From the NCBI GenBank assembly GCA_000092065.1, contig CP000584.1: a DNA stretch of 64,000 nt; one strand, given 5' to 3'. This stretch comes from Ostreococcus lucimarinus. Taxonomy: Eukaryota. A model generated the notes under the pieces. It had not been told where the DNA came from. It searched no databases and saw only the letters and a program-made list of their open reading frames with translations. The first letter of the stretch is position 1. The number at the start of each line of letters is the position of its first letter. Shown here piece by piece: positions 9,149 to 18,976 of the stretch. The position numbers and the translations under genes were made by a program.

Positions 9149-12100
9149 ATGACGCCGTCGTCGAACGACGGTCGCGCGAGCGACGAAACGCGCGAAGCGC
9201 CGTCGTCGAACGCGAAAACTATGTGGCGCAAGGTGGCGACGCCGGTGCGGAGCGCGACGAAGATAGCGTCGGCGCTGGTGGGTGGATTCTTTTGGCAGGG
9301 CGAGGACGAGGGCGACGGCTTCGAGGGCGGGGCGAAGGAGAATCGAACGATGGACGTCGGACGAGCGATGGACGAGGAACAGAGCGTGAGAACGCGTGGA
9401 AACGGTGCGGGAGGAGCGAGAGCGGGTACGACGACGACGACGGGGCGGATCGGGGAGGTCGGCGGCGCGACGAGGACGACGCGGTTCGCGAACGAGGCGG
9501 CGGCGGCGGAGACGGCGAGCGATTCGCCGACGCCGTTCACGGAGATCAGGGAGTTCTTGCGCCGAGGACAGATGGATAGAGAGCGAATGGCGCGATCGAG
9601 CGCTGGCGGGGCGTATGGCGAGATTAGTGCGGCGGTGAAGCCGCCGTCGCCGTTTGAGCGCGCGCCGGCGTTTGACGCACACGCGACTCCGGCTCGGGAG
9701 CGTCCGATGGTGGCGCAGATGGCCACGCCCGGAACGACGGGTGTGGGCGCGAGTTCTCCGGGATACGCGTCCGTGCGTCGATCGTACGGCGCGTCGGGGA
9801 CGCCATCGCTTCTCGGTACGCGCGGTCGCACGGCGATAAAACCGACGATTCTGGAACCGCCAATGGAGCAGACGCCAACGCCGCCTCGCGCGAGCTTGAA
9901 GCGTGATCGTGAGCTGACTATCATGGATCTTGAGCGTGAGCGAGCGCGCGTGACGACGCCTCGACGATTGGAGTCCGCCGCGCACAGCCCTGGTCCGGGA
10001 GCGCTGGCGCGAGAGTCTGCGAGTCCGGCGTACCACACTCCCTCCGCCAAGCCAGTGACGAGCGCGGTGACGACGGATACAGCGAAACGTATATTGCAAA
10101 CTTTGGATCGCTTGGCAGGTGCGCGAACGGCGACACCTATGGGTGTCGCAGCGGCGAGACCTTCGTTGTTTGCGACTAGACCCACGCAACCTGTGCAAGC
10201 GCCGTCGCCCGTCGGCGCCGCGTTTGACAAGCAAGTCACGCCGACATCGGCTACCTTTGTTGCGACTCCCAAATCGGGCGTTTCTTTTGCGACTTCGCCG
10301 ATGCCCTTCATCAGTGCATCCTCGTCTGGTCGCGCGCCGACGACGCCGTACCCGACGAGTGCCGAGCCTGAGATTGAGACGCCAAACTTCAAGTTCGGCG
10401 AAGATAGCACCTTGCTCGCCACCGGTAAGAAACCAAAAGCGCCGTCCGGGCCTGTGGCTTCTGTTCCGATAAAGTTCACGTTCGGAGAAGGTCAAACAAC
10501 TCCGTTGTTTACGAAGAAATCCGTCGCCGCGGCGCCAGTGAAAACAACGACGACGGTGCCACCGCCGCCGGCGCAACCGACGGCGGTCACGCAAAAGTCG
10601 GAGGAAGCGCCCGCTGCGAGTAAACCTGTCATGAATCTCTGGAGTGCGGATTTCTTGGCGAAGAATCAAGAGCATCAAAAGAAAGTGCAAGCGGCGATCG
10701 AAGAAGAAGAGAAAGCTGCGAGCAAGCCGCCTGCACCGTCGCCGTTTGCGCCGTCTGCCCCTGCCGGGGACAAGCCGGCGTTCTCGTTCGGTATTCACGC
10801 TGCGAGCAGCGCGCCCGCCCCTAGCACTGATGCGTCCGGGTTTACTTTCGGTTCCACCGCGCCCGCGGCGCCGACCTCGGCGCCGGCCTCGGCGCCAGCG
10901 TTTTCTTTTGGATCCACGGCACCGGTGAAACCAGCGGAAACCACCGAAGTGAAGAAACCGGCGGGAGAGTCTGGTTTACTCGCGTTTTTGGGCGCGTCTT
11001 CGAGCGAAGCTAAAACAGCAAGTGAACCTGCGACTGCGCCCACGTTCACATTTGGCGCGCCACCCAAGTCGCCTGATAATGTGCCCGTGAAAGTACCCGA
11101 TCCTGCGCCCGCGTTTTCCTTCGGCGGCGAAACCAAAGCGCCAGAAAGTTCGAAACCGGCGAGCGCACCGTTTACGTTCGGCACGGCGACACCCGCCGCA
11201 GCCGCGGCGCCGGCGCTGTTTACGTTCGGGGCGAAACCGGTAGAGAAGGCGGCCGAACCAGAGAAGGAAAAATCACAGCTTTCGGCGTCCGCGCCCGCTT
11301 TTTCGTTTGCCGCGGGGTCGAAGAAGGAAGATGAACCGAAAGCGGCGGAGACTGCCAAGCCGTTCACCTTTGGCGCCGCACCGGCGCTGGACGCAACGAA
11401 GCCCGCGGGGGACGCGTTATTTAGCTTTGGGGGTGCTTCGGCGGAGAAGAAAGAAGAACAGCCGAAACCAGCGAGCGGCGGATTTAGCTTTGGGGCCACG
11501 GCGGCGCCCGCGTTCGGAGCTGCATCATCGGCGGTAAAGGAGGACGCCAAGCCCGTGAGCGCGCCGTTTGTGTTTGGCGGTGCGTCAACCACGCCCGCTT
11601 CGAGCGGCGGATTCACCTTTGGTGCCTCTGCGCCGCCAGCCGCACCGGCGAGCGGTGGTGGCTTCACGTTTGGTGCCGCTTCGAGCACTACCGCGGCTTC
11701 GACACCATTCGGCGGCGGTTTAAGCGTGAACACTGGTAAACCCGCGGCGAGCGTCTTCGGTCAACCGCCGAAACCGGACGAGCAACCAAATACCCCTGAA
11801 CCGATGAGTCCGTTCGAATCTAGCAAGTCGCCTCTAGGTGCCGCATCAACTGGTAGTTCCCTGTTCGGTGGTGCGTCCACGAATAGTTTTGCCGCCCCTC
11901 CGGCGAGCAGCGCGCCGTCGACGAATCCGTTTGGCGGCGGCGGCGCGAATCCGTTCGCCGGCGCGTCGGCAGGCGTGACGAACCCATTCGGTGGTGCAAG
12001 CTCAACGCCCGCGTTCGGCGGCGCTGCTGCCCCATTCGGTGGTGCGTCGGCGAGTGCCAACCCTTTCGGCGGCGTTGCCGCGCCCGCACCCGCGGTTCCA

Positions 12101-12226
12101 GCGCCGAATCCGTTCGGCGCCAACCCCGCGCCCGCTGGCGGCTTCTCCCTGGGCGCCGGCGACGAGTCCTCGCAGGGCGGAAGAAAGCCACCGCGCAAGT
12201 TCAAGCGCCCGCCGCCGCGCCGATAA
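9149..12226 (+). CDS. FG-repeat nucleoporin (FxFG/FSFG/FTFG and later PFG/NPFG repeats, basic C-terminus)
   Basis: There are more than 20 repeats of the form PAFSFG, FTFG, FSFGG, FVFGG separated by A/P/S/K-rich spacers, then GG..NPFGG repeats, ending KPPRKFKRPPPRR. The first ATG is at 9149. Confidence 0.8.
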   Translation: MTPSSNDGRASDETREAPSSNAKTMWRKVATPVRSATKIASALVGGFFWQGEDEGDGFEGGAKENRTMDVGRAMDEEQSVRTRGNGAGGARAGTTTTTGRIGEVGGATRTTRFANEAAAAETASDSPTPFTEIREFLRRGQMDRERMARSSAGGAYGEISAAVKPPSPFERAPAFDAHATPARERPMVAQMATPGTTGVGASSPGYASVRRSYGASGTPSLLGTRGRTAIKPTILEPPMEQTPTPPRASLKRDRELTIMDLERERARVTTPRRLESAAHSPGPGALARESASPAYHTPSAKPVTSAVTTDTAKRILQTLDRLAGARTATPMGVAAARPSLFATRPTQPVQAPSPVGAAFDKQVTPTSATFVATPKSGVSFATSPMPFISASSSGRAPTTPYPTSAEPEIETPNFKFGEDSTLLATGKKPKAPSGPVASVPIKFTFGEGQTTPLFTKKSVAAAPVKTTTTVPPPPAQPTAVTQKSEEAPAASKPVMNLWSADFLAKNQEHQKKVQAAIEEEEKAASKPPAPSPFAPSAPAGDKPAFSFGIHAASSAPAPSTDASGFTFGSTAPAAPTSAPASAPAFSFGSTAPVKPAETTEVKKPAGESGLLAFLGASSSEAKTASEPATAPTFTFGAPPKSPDNVPVKVPDPAPAFSFGGETKAPESSKPASAPFTFGTATPAAAAAPALFTFGAKPVEKAAEPEKEKSQLSASAPAFSFAAGSKKEDEPKAAETAKPFTFGAAPALDATKPAGDALFSFGGASAEKKEEQPKPASGGFSFGATAAPAFGAASSAVKEDAKPVSAPFVFGGASTTPASSGGFTFGASAPPAAPASGGGFTFGAASSTTAASTPFGGGLSVNTGKPAASVFGQPPKPDEQPNTPEPMSPFESSKSPLGAASTGSSLFGGASTNSFAAPPASSAPSTNPFGGGGANPFAGASAGVTNPFGGASSTPAFGGAAAPFGGASASANPFGGVAAPAPAVPAPNPFGANPAPAGGFSLGAGDESSQGGRKPPRKFKRPPPRR

Positions 12227-12255
12227 TCCCAACCAGCAAAATCACAGTTACTCGT

Positions 12256-13224
12256 ATGAGTGTTGAAACGAAACGAACGAAAATGATTAGATTCAATCAA
12301 ACGCCGTCGCAACGCGTCGTCCCGCTCGCTTTCGCGCGCGAGAGAGCGAGGGACCGGCACTTCATGACGTCCCGCGCGTGGAGTCCGCGCGTGGGCATCC
12401 GCGCGCCCCCAGAGCGTGAAAACAAACACTTCCACGCGCGTCGTCGTCGCTCGCACGCCTCCGCGTCGTCCTCGCGCGACGACGGCGTCGTCCGCACCGT
12501 GGCCAACGACCGAGAACTCTGGCTGGAGTCCTGGTTCGCGTGCGAAAATCCCGCCGCGTTGCGCGTGTTGGCCGGCATGCCCGTCGCGCAGGTCAACGCG
12601 CGTCGCATCGGTGCGCTGGACCCGGTTTCTAAAGTTTGGATTTGCGGCGGCGCGACGCTCGGGACGTTGTCCGCGGGCGCGCGAGGCGGCGGCGGCGACG
12701 CGTTCGTGCGCGAGCTCTGCAAGGTGGCCGGCGTCGAACATTTTGCCGTCGAAGACGACGATGGACGCTTGCCGTTACATCACGCCGCGGCGTTCGGACG
12801 CGAAGAAATCGTGCGCGCGCTGGTGGAGCTCGGATGCGACATCGACGCCCGAGACGAAAGCGAGGGGAGCACGGCGTTGATATTGGCGGCGTATTTTGAA
12901 CGCGCCGATGCCGTGGACGCATTGCTCGATCTCGGGGCTGATTTCTCGATCCGCGATGATGGGAACGTCACCGTGGGTGGACATCTGGCGCAACGGAAGA
13001 TGCGACCGCAGTTGTTGCGAGTGATGAAAGAGAGCGGTCCCGGCGGTCCTGGACGGTTGAAGCGCGGCGATAAATCTTACTTGGTCAAGCGACGTGCGCT
13101 GCAAAATGAACTCTCGGCGCTCGACGTGGACGATCTCTTAGAGTTGTCTCGTCACTGGGGCGTGCGCGGCGCGCCGGCGGAGAAAAAGAAGCTCATCGAG
13201 GCGTTGCTCGCGCGCACGCCGTGA
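12256..13224 (+). CDS. Ankyrin-repeat protein with C-terminal SAP-like helix
   Basis: ANK repeats: GRLPLHHAAAFGREEIVRALVELGCDIDARDESEGSTALILAAYFERADAVDALLDLGADFS. The C-terminus LSALDVDDLLELSRHWGVRGAPAEKKKLIEALLAR resembles a SAP motif. Confidence 0.65.
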   Translation: MSVETKRTKMIRFNQTPSQRVVPLAFARERARDRHFMTSRAWSPRVGIRAPPERENKHFHARRRRSHASASSSRDDGVVRTVANDRELWLESWFACENPAALRVLAGMPVAQVNARRIGALDPVSKVWICGGATLGTLSAGARGGGGDAFVRELCKVAGVEHFAVEDDDGRLPLHHAAAFGREEIVRALVELGCDIDARDESEGSTALILAAYFERADAVDALLDLGADFSIRDDGNVTVGGHLAQRKMRPQLLRVMKESGPGGPGRLKRGDKSYLVKRRALQNELSALDVDDLLELSRHWGVRGAPAEKKKLIEALLARTP

Positions 13225-13486
13225 GATCGTAGCGACCGCGGCGGTTAGTCATCGCCGCCGCGACTCCGGAACCTACGGCGCGGCGAACGCGCGCTCGCGT
13301 CGGTTAGACTATAGCAGAATTATACAGTGGTGTAGCAGAAACAATAGTCCACAGCCCGAAAGCCAGAGGCGCCGTCGACGCCGTCGTCGTCCGTTCGCGT
13401 TCGCGTCGTCCCGCCGCTCCGCGCGTCTCCTCCGCATTCTCCCGCGCGCGCCGTCCGCGCGCCGCCGCGAGTCGGCGCGCGCGACG

Positions 13487-16276
13487 ATGCACGGCGTCAC
13501 CGCGTCTCCCCGCCTCGTCGTGCTCTACGCCTTTGTCGTGCACTTGATTTTCGTCTACGCCACGTTTGACGTGCACTTCCAGTCCCCGCTCGTCGCCGGC
13601 GTCGAGCGCGCCGACGCGCGACTGCGCGCGCCCGCGAGACGATTGGTGATATTCGTCGCCGACGGCGCGCGCGCGGACGCGGTGTTCGACGAAGCGCGAG
13701 GCGCGGCGCACGTGCGAAGTCGCGCGCGCGGCGGCGCGTGGGGCGTCTCGCACGCGCGAGCGCCGACGGAATCGAGACCGGGACACGTGGCGCTCTTGGG
13801 GGGGTTCTACGAGGACCCGAGCGCGATCACGAAAGGATGGAGCGCGAACCCGGTGGAGTTCGATCACCTGGTGAATCAGAGTAACAACGCGTGGGCGTGG
13901 GGCGCGCCGAGCGTGGTGCCGCTGTTCGCCGACGGCGTCGACGGAGCGAGACGGTTTTGTTACGACGAGACGCTGGAAGATTTTGCGAGCGCGAACGATC
14001 ACGGGGCGTTAGATGAGTGGGTGTTCGACCGCGTGGTGCGGTTTTTAGAGAGTAATGGGGTGGAAGGCTCGAGCGAGAGCGACGCGCTGGACGGCGACGG
14101 GAACGTGTTTCTGTTGCACTTGCTGGGCTTGGATTCGAGTGGACACGCGCACAAACCGCATTCGAGCGAGTATTTCGAAAATATTAGGATAGTAGATGAA
14201 GGTGTTCGCAGAGTGGAGGCGGCGTTCGTGGAGAGGTTTGGGGATGATGGAAAGACTGCTTTTGTTTTCACCGCCGATCACGGAATGTCGAATAAAGGCG
14301 CGCACGGCGACGGCGATCCTGGGTGCACGGAAACACCGTTGGTGGTTTGGGGCGCGGGTGTCGCCAGTGGGTCACAAAAAGTCGCGGGAGCGTGTCGTGG
14401 GACGCCCGAAACGCCGAAGGATTGGGGCATGGATCCCGAGACGAGGTGCGACGTTGATCAAGCCGACGTCGCGCCTTTGGGTGCGACGCTCATTGGATTT
14501 CCACCGCCTCGTCACAACTCGGGCTTGCTCCCCAGCGCGTACTTGAGCGATAAACCCGAAGATCTTAAGTCGTCCGCGATGATTGCGAACGCCAAGCAAT
14601 TGCTGGCGCTTCACGATCTCAAGGCGTCGCGCACTGCAAAGCGCGCGCTCAGCGCTTTGTTTTCTTTCAAGCTCCACCCAGATATGATTAGCGTCTCATC
14701 GCAAGTCGCGGAGTACGAGCGACTCGACCGGCTTGGTCGACACGACGACGCGACACGCGGTGCAAATCAAGTCGCGCGCGCGTGTTTGAGAGGGTTGGAA
14801 TATTTACACACGTACGACCGGGCGCTTTTGCAAGCCGTCGTCGTGTCGTGTTTTGCGACGTGGATGATTTTACTTGCAGTCAATTTGCTTCCGCGAAGAA
14901 AAGGGGAATGCGAAACGCCGACTGGTATACCGTTGACGCTGGCGCTGATTTATGCCGGTGTCGTGAGCGTGATTCTTCTGGCCCGCCGCGCGCCGCCCAC
15001 GTACTTTTTGTACTTCGGTCTCCCGGCGTATTTTTTGTTGGGTATCGTGAACACGCTTTCCGCTGTGAAAATAGAAAGTATCGCCGACATTAGCTTACTG
15101 AACGTCGGTATTTGTCTTGTCGGCGCGTTTGCGGTGGCTGAAACGATATGTAACGGTTTTCACGATCGCTTCGTGTTTTCATACGCGTTTGCATTCGGGT
15201 CGGCGCTTTTAGTCGCACTCGCGATACGCTTGCTGTTTCGTCGAGATTTTGACAACGCTACACGTGCCGCTGTGATGGCTATCAGCACAGCTATGTTGGC
15301 GCCGTTCACCATGCTTTCAATTGAGCTGGAAGCGAACACGGAGATGATCGTCTCAGGATTGCTTGCGAGTGCGCTCCTCGGCACCACGACGCACGTTTTG
15401 ATTCGGCCGCTTGATATTTTTCAGGACGACGCCGTCGACAGGGAAACTAAGCGCCGACCGGGTCAGACTGTTTTCGCGTTGCAAATATTAATGGTTCTTA
15501 CTACTGGCGTATTGGTGACCGCCGTCGACGGTTTACAGCGCGACAAGTTGCCCGTTCCAACGTCTATGCACGCCGCATCGTGGATCGTCGCGTTGATGGC
15601 ACCCATCTTGCCCATGTTTTCACCACCGCGAACGCTGCCGCGAATGATTAGTGTGTTCCTTGGGTTTGCATCGACGTATGGACTGTTCTCCGTGTCGTAC
15701 GAGTCCCTGTTCTACGCTTGTCTCGGGTTTTGTCTTCTTTCGTGGATGATTCTGGAGCGCGGCTTACAAGCGCCCTCACCGGCAAAGTCCAAAATGTTCA
15801 CCCGTACCATCATCCCGAGCGATCTCCGCCACGCCGCTATGTTCTTATTTCTCATCGATGCAGCCTTCTTCGGCACGGGCAATATCGCATCCATCGCATC
15901 CTTCGACCTCAGCAGCGTCTACAGATTCACCACCCGCTTCAACCCGTTCCTCATGGGCGCGCTCCTCGTCCTCAAGGTATTACTCCCCATGATCACCGTC
16001 GCCGCCGCCTTTCTCGTCGTCTTGAAATCCTCCCGCGTTCCTGCGTTCGAGTCGTACTTCATGTTTCTCATCTTGAGCGACATCATGGCTGTCAGATTCT
16101 TCTTTCAAATCACCACCGTCGGCAGTTGGCTCGACATCGGCTCGAGTGTGTCGCGTTACGCGTTGATGGGAACGCAAGTCGTCACCATTTTACCATTCTT
16201 AGCCTTGGCCCAGATCTTCACGCGAGCTTTGCCCGTGAACGGGCGTACCGCAATCATTCGCACCAAGCGCGATTAG
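13487..16276 (+). CDS. PIGN: GPI ethanolamine phosphate transferase 1 (PIG-N/MCD4)
   Basis: The N-terminal TM is followed by a sulfatase/alkaline-phosphatase-like domain (FVADGARAD, LLHLLGLDSSGHAHKPHS, FTADHGMSNKGAHGDG) and then a polytopic C-terminal domain. The protein is 929 aa and the ATG is at 13487. Confidence 0.85.
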   Translation: MHGVTASPRLVVLYAFVVHLIFVYATFDVHFQSPLVAGVERADARLRAPARRLVIFVADGARADAVFDEARGAAHVRSRARGGAWGVSHARAPTESRPGHVALLGGFYEDPSAITKGWSANPVEFDHLVNQSNNAWAWGAPSVVPLFADGVDGARRFCYDETLEDFASANDHGALDEWVFDRVVRFLESNGVEGSSESDALDGDGNVFLLHLLGLDSSGHAHKPHSSEYFENIRIVDEGVRRVEAAFVERFGDDGKTAFVFTADHGMSNKGAHGDGDPGCTETPLVVWGAGVASGSQKVAGACRGTPETPKDWGMDPETRCDVDQADVAPLGATLIGFPPPRHNSGLLPSAYLSDKPEDLKSSAMIANAKQLLALHDLKASRTAKRALSALFSFKLHPDMISVSSQVAEYERLDRLGRHDDATRGANQVARACLRGLEYLHTYDRALLQAVVVSCFATWMILLAVNLLPRRKGECETPTGIPLTLALIYAGVVSVILLARRAPPTYFLYFGLPAYFLLGIVNTLSAVKIESIADISLLNVGICLVGAFAVAETICNGFHDRFVFSYAFAFGSALLVALAIRLLFRRDFDNATRAAVMAISTAMLAPFTMLSIELEANTEMIVSGLLASALLGTTTHVLIRPLDIFQDDAVDRETKRRPGQTVFALQILMVLTTGVLVTAVDGLQRDKLPVPTSMHAASWIVALMAPILPMFSPPRTLPRMISVFLGFASTYGLFSVSYESLFYACLGFCLLSWMILERGLQAPSPAKSKMFTRTIIPSDLRHAAMFLFLIDAAFFGTGNIASIASFDLSSVYRFTTRFNPFLMGALLVLKVLLPMITVAAAFLVVLKSSRVPAFESYFMFLILSDIMAVRFFFQITTVGSWLDIGSSVSRYALMGTQVVTILPFLALAQIFTRALPVNGRTAIIRTKRD

Positions 16277-16357
16277 CTTAACTTGTCTATAAATCGCGAC
16301 TCGCGACGCACGACGCGTTCGCGCCGCGTTCGCCGTCGCCGCCTCACAATCAGCCTC

Positions 16358-17857
16358 ATGAGCCGACCTTACGCCAACCCGGCGCCACCGTCCGGGGACC
16401 CCCCTAAAACGAACGATGACTTTAGGGCGATGCTTTTAAGCGGCAAATCGCGCGAGCAACCGCGCGGCGGTGCGAAAAAGTCGAAAAACTCGTCGAAAAA
16501 GCCACACGAAGTTCGAGGAAAGAATTCGTCGCGCGCGGACGAGGACGCGTACAGAGACCGCGCGCGCGAGCGGCGCGAACGCGGTGACGATGCGAATGAC
16601 GCTCTGGACGGCCCAAGCGCGGAAGCCGCGCTCGGACGCGAACGTGGGGTGTTCGAGCGGGAAGACGCGGCGACGCGCGGGGACGGGACGGCGACGACGA
16701 CGGAGTACGCTCGAATGAAAACGATTGAGGAGAGTAAATACCTCGGAGGAGACGTCGAAAGAACGCATTTAGTGAAAGGATTAGATTTTGCGCTGTTGAA
16801 TAAGGTTCGGAGCGAGATTAAGGACACGAAGGCGATGGAAGATGAAGAGCGGGTGGCCGCGACGGCGGAACGAGAGGGCGGGAAGCCGAGATTTACAACA
16901 GCTTCGGCTCGAGCGATTTATGAGTTTATGAGGAATGGATCGAAAGCAAGCGTGCGTGGGAAAGCGCATAACATAGCAAGTGGTGCGGTAAGTTATAGTT
17001 TTGATTTAGCGGCGAACTCGAGGCGAGATGTGCCGACGACGTTGCACAAGGCGACGGACGATGACGGCATGGCGGGTGTGCGCGCGCTTCGAGCGTACGT
17101 CGATCCCGCGAAGGATGCGTCTCTTCTCGTGCGTTTGGGCAAGTTGATGCACTACTTGGCGCTGGGTTCTACCAACGCAATCAAGAAATTTCGACGGGAA
17201 GAGCGAAGAACGGCGGCGGAAGAGGCGAAGGCGAAGGCTGAAGCGGCGGCGCGCGCCGCGCGCGTCGACGCGCCGGATGCGGCGCCGGGAGACGCGTCGA
17301 GCGACGAAGACATCTTTGCCGATGCGGGAAAAGATTACGAACCGACGTACGAGAAAAAAGAGGATACGGCGGCGAGTGATAAAGATGCGACCGCGTCGCG
17401 GGCAATTTTTGGTAACGAAGCGAGTGCGCCCGCGCCCAAGGCGAAGCAAATCGCCGCCGACGACTACGTCGAAGAGGAAGACGAAGACCGCCCCGTCAAC
17501 GCCTTCGCGTCGTTCGGTGATTACGACGAGTGCTACCCCGGCTACGATGTCGACATGGACGACACCGGTGGTTTTGACAAGCGCGGCGATAAGGGCAACG
17601 CCGACGGCGAAGGCGCGAGCGAAGAAGCGGCGAAGAAGGACGCGCTTCGCAAAAAGCGTCAACTCGGCAACGAGTTTAGCAAAATCCGCGCGCTCGTCAA
17701 GGACAAGTTCGGCGAAAAAGACGACGTTGCGTTCGAGGACGAATCCAAAAAGTCTAAAGCCCCCAAGCAAACCGCCCCCGCGGCTTCGAAGGAGAAACGA
17801 AGCGACGACACCGATGGCCGCGGCGGCGGCGGCGCTAGAAAAAAGCTTCGCTTGTGA
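16358..17857 (+). CDS. RED/IK (SMU2) spliceosome-associated protein
   Basis: The RED N-terminal signature is AYRDRARERRERG...ESKYLGGDVERTHLVKGLDFALLNKVRSEI. The first ATG in ORF 16283..17857 is at 16358. Confidence 0.75.
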   Translation: MSRPYANPAPPSGDPPKTNDDFRAMLLSGKSREQPRGGAKKSKNSSKKPHEVRGKNSSRADEDAYRDRARERRERGDDANDALDGPSAEAALGRERGVFEREDAATRGDGTATTTEYARMKTIEESKYLGGDVERTHLVKGLDFALLNKVRSEIKDTKAMEDEERVAATAEREGGKPRFTTASARAIYEFMRNGSKASVRGKAHNIASGAVSYSFDLAANSRRDVPTTLHKATDDDGMAGVRALRAYVDPAKDASLLVRLGKLMHYLALGSTNAIKKFRREERRTAAEEAKAKAEAAARAARVDAPDAAPGDASSDEDIFADAGKDYEPTYEKKEDTAASDKDATASRAIFGNEASAPAPKAKQIAADDYVEEEDEDRPVNAFASFGDYDECYPGYDVDMDDTGGFDKRGDKGNADGEGASEEAAKKDALRKKRQLGNEFSKIRALVKDKFGEKDDVAFEDESKKSKAPKQTAPAASKEKRSDDTDGRGGGGARKKLRL

Positions 17858-17864
17858 TACCACC

Positions 17865-18659
17865 ATGCCTGCGTCCGCACATCGAGCCCCCATGACCGCG
17901 TCAACGCGCGCTCGATCGCACGTCGACTTTTCGCGACGCTTCGCATCGCTTCGCGCGCGCGCATCGACGAGCGCGCGCGCGTCCGCTCGCGAAAGTCCCG
18001 CGAAAGTGCAACTGGAGATGTCCCAGTGCTTCGCTTTGGTCGAGCGTCACGGGCGCGGTGCGGTGTATCTGGGCAGCGCTCGCGTGCCCGAGACGCACTC
18101 GCACTACGCACGCACGCGTGAACTCGCGAAGGACATCGCGACGTTACTAGACTGCACGACGTGGTCCGGTTTAGGTCCCGGGCTCATGGACGCGGCGACG
18201 CGCGGCGCCCTCGACGCCGAACGCGCCGCCGCGGGATTCATGATCCTCCTCGAAGCGGGCGGCGCGAGACAAGAGACTCGAGAGCATCCATATTTACCGC
18301 GCGAGTGTTACCTGAACACGAGCTTCTTCAGCGCGCGTAAGCACGGATTGGTGGACGCCGGCGTGCGCTCCGCGCTCGAAGAAAAGACGTGCTTCGTCGC
18401 GTTACCGGGCGGCGTCGGTACCCTGGACGAAATCTTCGAAATCTTAGCGCTTCTACAGCTCAAACGCATCGGCACAAGTCATCCCGTGCCGTTCATCGTC
18501 ATGAATTACGATGGATGTTACGACGGGTTGTTGGAATTTTTAAGGCGCGACATGGTCGGATACGGCGCGCTCGCCGAGAACGAGCTCGCCCCGCATTGGA
18601 TCGCGTGCGACACGAACGAGCAAGCCTTAGCCCACCTTCGCGATTTCTACTCAATTTAG
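17865..18659 (+). CDS. LOG-family protein (cytokinin riboside 5'-monophosphate phosphoribohydrolase-like), S/R/A-rich presequence
   Basis: The LOG/TIGR00730 motif is FVALPGGVGTLDEIFEILALLQLKRIG, and GAVYLGSARV is also present. ATG 17865 lies only 7 nt after the RED stop (17855-17857). Confidence 0.7.
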   Translation: MPASAHRAPMTASTRARSHVDFSRRFASLRARASTSARASARESPAKVQLEMSQCFALVERHGRGAVYLGSARVPETHSHYARTRELAKDIATLLDCTTWSGLGPGLMDAATRGALDAERAAAGFMILLEAGGARQETREHPYLPRECYLNTSFFSARKHGLVDAGVRSALEEKTCFVALPGGVGTLDEIFEILALLQLKRIGTSHPVPFIVMNYDGCYDGLLEFLRRDMVGYGALAENELAPHWIACDTNEQALAHLRDFYSI

Positions 18660-18976
18660 AGCGCTTTCTTTCCTCGTCTCTGCGTCTCGAGCGCGTCGTC
18701 GGCGTTCGCGCGAGGTTCGCGACGCCGTCGCCAACCGTCCCCGACCGTCCCGGCCGCGCGTCGTCACTCATCGCCGCGTCCGACGCGTCGTCGACCGCGC
18801 CGATCGCGAGTCACGCGAGTCACGCGCGTTTCGTCGTCTTCCATCGACGCGCGACGCGCGTTCGCGACGCGCGACGCGCGGTAATCGTCGAATTCCAACC
18901 AACCGACCGAATCCGACGCGGACGACGCGACGACGGCGCTCGACGCGCGCGCTCGGACGGCGCGGACGCGCGCGCG

